A stretch of DNA of 62,788 nt, the filler included, from Globobulimina sp. (lineage: Eukaryota), in assembly GCA_003354225.1 (NCBI GenBank). It is 39 parts of 39 records of this genome, joined end to end, with 100 filler letters (N's around TTAATTAATTAA, not from the genome) between each part and the next. Parts side by side here need not be neighbours in the genome. Positions count along the whole stretch, not along the records: positions 59,667 to 61,177 come from PIVH01015519.1; positions 61,278 to 62,788 come from PIVH01015520.1; 37 more parts are not named here. One strand, written 5' to 3'. Below the pieces are notes generated by a model, which was not told the origin of the DNA, made no database searches, and was given only the letters and a program-made list of their open reading frames with translations. The position numbers and the translations under genes are program-made. This document shows positions 59,667-62,788 of this stretch, one piece after another (position 1 is the first letter of the stretch; each line of letters begins with the position of its first letter).

Positions 59667-61177
59667 TAGTGTTCCCGATAAGAGGTACGCATATTAGTGC
59701 TAATATATATATTAGTTGTACTAATATATTTATAGAATGGAGCACATGTCACGCATTTTTTTACTAATATATAATATATATATTAGTTTTTACTAATATA
59801 TGCAAAAAATAGTAATATATTAATAGAAAAAAACAAAAAATAAACTCTACTTACTTTATAAAAATGGTATTATAGATAATGTAATACTTATACTTCAACT
59901 CCCATGGTTGTAACAAGAAACTGGAAGTCGAAGTAAAGTTGTTGATAAAAAAACTTTTTCCAACTTCTCTTCTCTCTTTCAATGCTTTCGTGGACTTGGT
60001 ACTCCAGCGATTGGATTGCGTCCTAACTACAGTTGCCTTTGATGTTGATCATCATTGGCAATTGTATCTAATTGCAGCCACTGTTCTACGTTGATTGGAG
60101 CCATGCAATTCATGTGTCAGGTTATCGCATGAATTGGCAATGCCAATCATAGACTCCGTCACCATTATGTACCGCGTCCGAAATGAATTAGTTTGAATTG
60201 GTCGATCGAGAGAGAATAATGAATCGGGCACAATGAGTTTTATCGCGCAAAATCGCAATAGAAATGAGTTGAGTTGATTGGTTTATGTTTATCGCGATGT
60301 TGATTGAGATCGCGCCAATCATCATAGTAATGCATTTGTAATATTTGTCGCGGAATGGGTTGAATAATGAGTTTGTAATTCCCGCCGCGAAATGAGTGAA
60401 AATGAGTTTTGTAATTTGCCATCGCAGATTGAGTAATAATGAGATCGTTAATGAGTCCGTGTCCTATTGATTGAGAACCAGCCCATCCAGGTTCCCATTA
60501 AATGCCTGGTTTGGGTTAATTCAATCATAGATTCAATTAATTAATTAATCAAAAAATTAGCTGAATAATTAATTGTGTTGAATTGGGTTAGCCTCTGAGT
60601 TACTCGGAACGCTCATGCTGTTTAGGCGAAAAATCCACGGTTCGGCGGGCTACGGTCACTGCCGTCCGTGATGCATATATATACTCGGCGACTGTCAGTG
60701 GAGTAGGCCTTTATACTTACTCAGGCCAAACAAAATGCCGCCACCAATCCATCATAGTTCCTCCAGTTTTGAACCTCTGCCAACATTCCTTCCATGTATA
60801 TGATCACATGACTACGTATATCCGTACATAGAAATTTTGATCATATCTATATACGATCACATGACTACATATATCTGTACATAGAAATTTTGATCATATT
60901 TATATATGATCATATTCCGCACATATGACTACATATATCCGTACATAGAAATTTGATCATATATATATGATCACATGACTACATATATCCGCACATGACA
61001 CATCACCACAAAAAATCATACGAGTTAGCCTAAGGTTGTTTGATCATATGCATATGACTACAGTAGTGTTCCCGATAAGAGGTACGCATATTAGTGCTAA
61101 TATATATATTAGTTGTACTAATATATTTATAGAATGGAGCACATGTCACGCATTTTTTTACTAATATATAATATATA
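59667..61177. other. Contig with 114-bp identical terminal direct repeat: circular or tandem 1397-bp non-coding unit
   Basis: 59667-59780 is identical to 61064-61177; no ORF over 70 aa in the supplied track. Confidence 0.85.
60797..60998. repeat. Tandem array of about four imperfect ~53-bp units
   Basis: Unit GATCACATGACTAC(A/G)TATATC(C/T)GTACATAGAAATTTTGATCATAT..; GATCA starts at 60802, 60855, 60908 and 60969. Confidence 0.92.
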
Positions 61178-61277
61178 NNNNNNNNNNNNNNNNNNNNNNN
61201 NNNNNNNNNNNNNNNNNNNNNTTAATTAATTAANNNNNNNNNNNNNNNNNNNNNNNNNNNNNNNNNNNNNNNNNNNN

Positions 61278-62788
61278 TTGCGGACAAACCAAATTGGTCA
61301 ACAGGAAAAGAAAAAATACCTCACTTCACAGCAAAGCACCCAAAAAAGAAACAAAAAAATAAAAACAACAAATCAAAAGAAATAAAATAAAGCACCAATA
61401 CATCCAGATCACAACCTGAGCAACACCGAGGATAGGACAATAACCTAAACAAAGGTGAGTGTAGCCCAAATCAGGCAGGAAGCGCAGTACTAGACCATTC
61501 GTAGCAAACCAAAGTAACAATAAGAGCAACATCCAGGCAATAGAAGAGCAATAAGCATTAAATGTAGGATGTAAGAGCCATACCAATGGTAACAATTTTT
61601 CCAATATACTGAGTTAAGAGGGAGATGCAATACCATCTCCCAATAATAGATCCTAATAGAAATAATACCATTTTTGATTGTTTTATGGTTTATTTACTTA
61701 GTCATGGATCAGATGACGAGTTGTCAATTATTTAAATTTTAAATTCGAGAAAATTAAATAATGCAGGATAAAATATACCAAATAGAGATCATTAATAGAT
61801 AGCCAAAAATAAGAAAGTTGACAGTTTTACCATAGTGACAATAGGATAAAAGATTCATGGGAACCAAAACTAATACATAACAGAAACATTCCAGGATGTA
61901 TATACATATCAACCAAGAAAAACATATTTACAAATCCAAATAGATACATAAACCATAGGATTATTACATAATGTAAGCATAAACGATCACCATAAAATAA
62001 GATGAATAATACCAATAGTACAAGCTCCAACAAAAAAGACAATAGCACAGGATAGATAAGGAGGGGACGTCCTACATCAGAAAGACATCCCCCGAATAAA
62101 TGTAGCTTTGTCACGATGCAAGAAAGGTACAAAGTGATCATAATAAAGAAATACATAAATCCTGGCATACAAGTAATAATCACAGAAGCAGTAATTTAAA
62201 TAATTGTAAAAGAAAGATATAATCATGGGAAACGAATATACATTCCGACGAAATAACCCACAAGGCAATGAATAAAATTTGCAATACCCGAGGCATACAT
62301 AAAGATAAATATGAAAGCGACCACGGATTAAGATGATGTAAATAACAGAATCCAAAGTAACCAAGAATAAGGAGAAAATGATGTAAATAACAGAATCCAA
62401 AGATGAAAATGACAGAAATAGCAAAATCCAAAGTAATACCAGAAATAATCCAGCAGTAACCAATAACAAGGATGAAAAACAGACAGAGCAATGGTACAAA
62501 AAAAGAAAGGAAAGGAGGGGGACATCCGACAAAAGACACCCCCCGAAAAATGTAAAGTAAATATAATAGAGGATAACAGTGACCTTGTCTTCCAATTACC
62601 AAAGTAATAACTTTATGGACTAATACTTAACACCTGGTAAAAATAGAATAGAATCATGGGAAACAGGAATCGTTACCAAGATGTAAAATAAGATAGGAAA
62701 TAACAGAGATGTAAAATAATGTATTTACGAATGATACAGTGGGGGTGTATGACTAGTAACACCCCCTGAGGTTTTATGTGAGACGCAA
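61278..62788 (-). other. Strongly strand-skewed, organelle (mitochondrion)-like DNA with dispersed GC-rich hairpins
   Basis: Plus strand very A-rich, minus strand T-rich with overlapping F/L/I/Y-rich ORFs in several frames; hairpins at 61620-61641, 62062-62093, 62517-62544 and 62741-62766. Confidence 0.45.

Noticed and set aside
59881-59889. AAGTATTAC (circovirus-type nonanucleotide) on the minus strand of the circular unit
   Set aside because: No flanking stem-loop and no Rep ORF; plausible by chance in AT-rich DNA.
60713-60730. ATACTTAC resembling the U1 snRNA 5' end; TGGATGGG (minus strand, about 60482-60489) resembling 5S box C
   Set aside because: Matches stop at 8 nt; no U1 stem-loops or Sm site, and no 5S box A or terminal stem found.
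60797-60998. 53-bp repeats as a CRISPR array
   Set aside because: Units are contiguous degenerate tandem copies without unique spacers; no cas genes.
61326-61604. atp9-like similarity (GYCPILGVAQV)
   Set aside because: Lacks the GxGxG motif, the RNP loop and the essential Glu; hydrophobicity is explained by T-richness.
1-62788. Apparent clustering of PIWI, PARP, Josephin, toxin-like and tail-collar genes as a defence island
   Set aside because: They lie on separate contigs ordered only by length, so adjacency has no biological meaning.

Overview
This window is not one locus. It is 39 unrelated short contigs, sorted by length (1514 down to 1511 bp) and joined by an artificial 100-nt spacer (N44-TTAATTAATTAA-N44, stops in all six frames), so nothing can be inferred across spacers. 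Most contigs are AT-rich, gene-dense eukaryotic nuclear DNA in the standard code with short GT-AG introns (about 42-110 nt). Intron size and gene families (kelch/PT-repeat/TM proteins, TRAF zinc finger, SAM, orphan multi-TM proteins) suggest a protist, plausibly rhizarian or foraminiferan; this is inference. Recognisable genes include a PARP-type ADP-ribosyltransferase, a sugar porter, PH-RhoGAP, PUS3, ABHD13, BET3, an MFSD13A-like transporter, PLAC8, an LRRC74-like protein, a GT4 glycosyltransferase, an ALDH3-like dehydrogenase, a peroxisomal crotonase, CD225 and a RING ligase. Mobile DNA includes a BEL/Pao gag-protease and two MITE-like families. The most unusual items are: (1) a 1397-bp apparently circular or tandem non-coding element packed with palindromes, hairpins and 53-bp repeats (59667-61177); (2) a very divergent Argonaute/PIWI whose catalytic residues appear replaced; (3) a mucin-stalk transmembrane protein fused to an intact Josephin deubiquitinase; (4) a CCDC61/SAS-6-like head plus coiled coil fused to a phage tail-collar domain; (5) a convergent paralogous pair resembling ClyA/Hbl-type pore-forming toxin subunits; (6) a strand-skewed, mitochondrion-like contig with repeated G-U-stabilised hairpins. 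All family assignments come from motif recognition by eye, not database searches.
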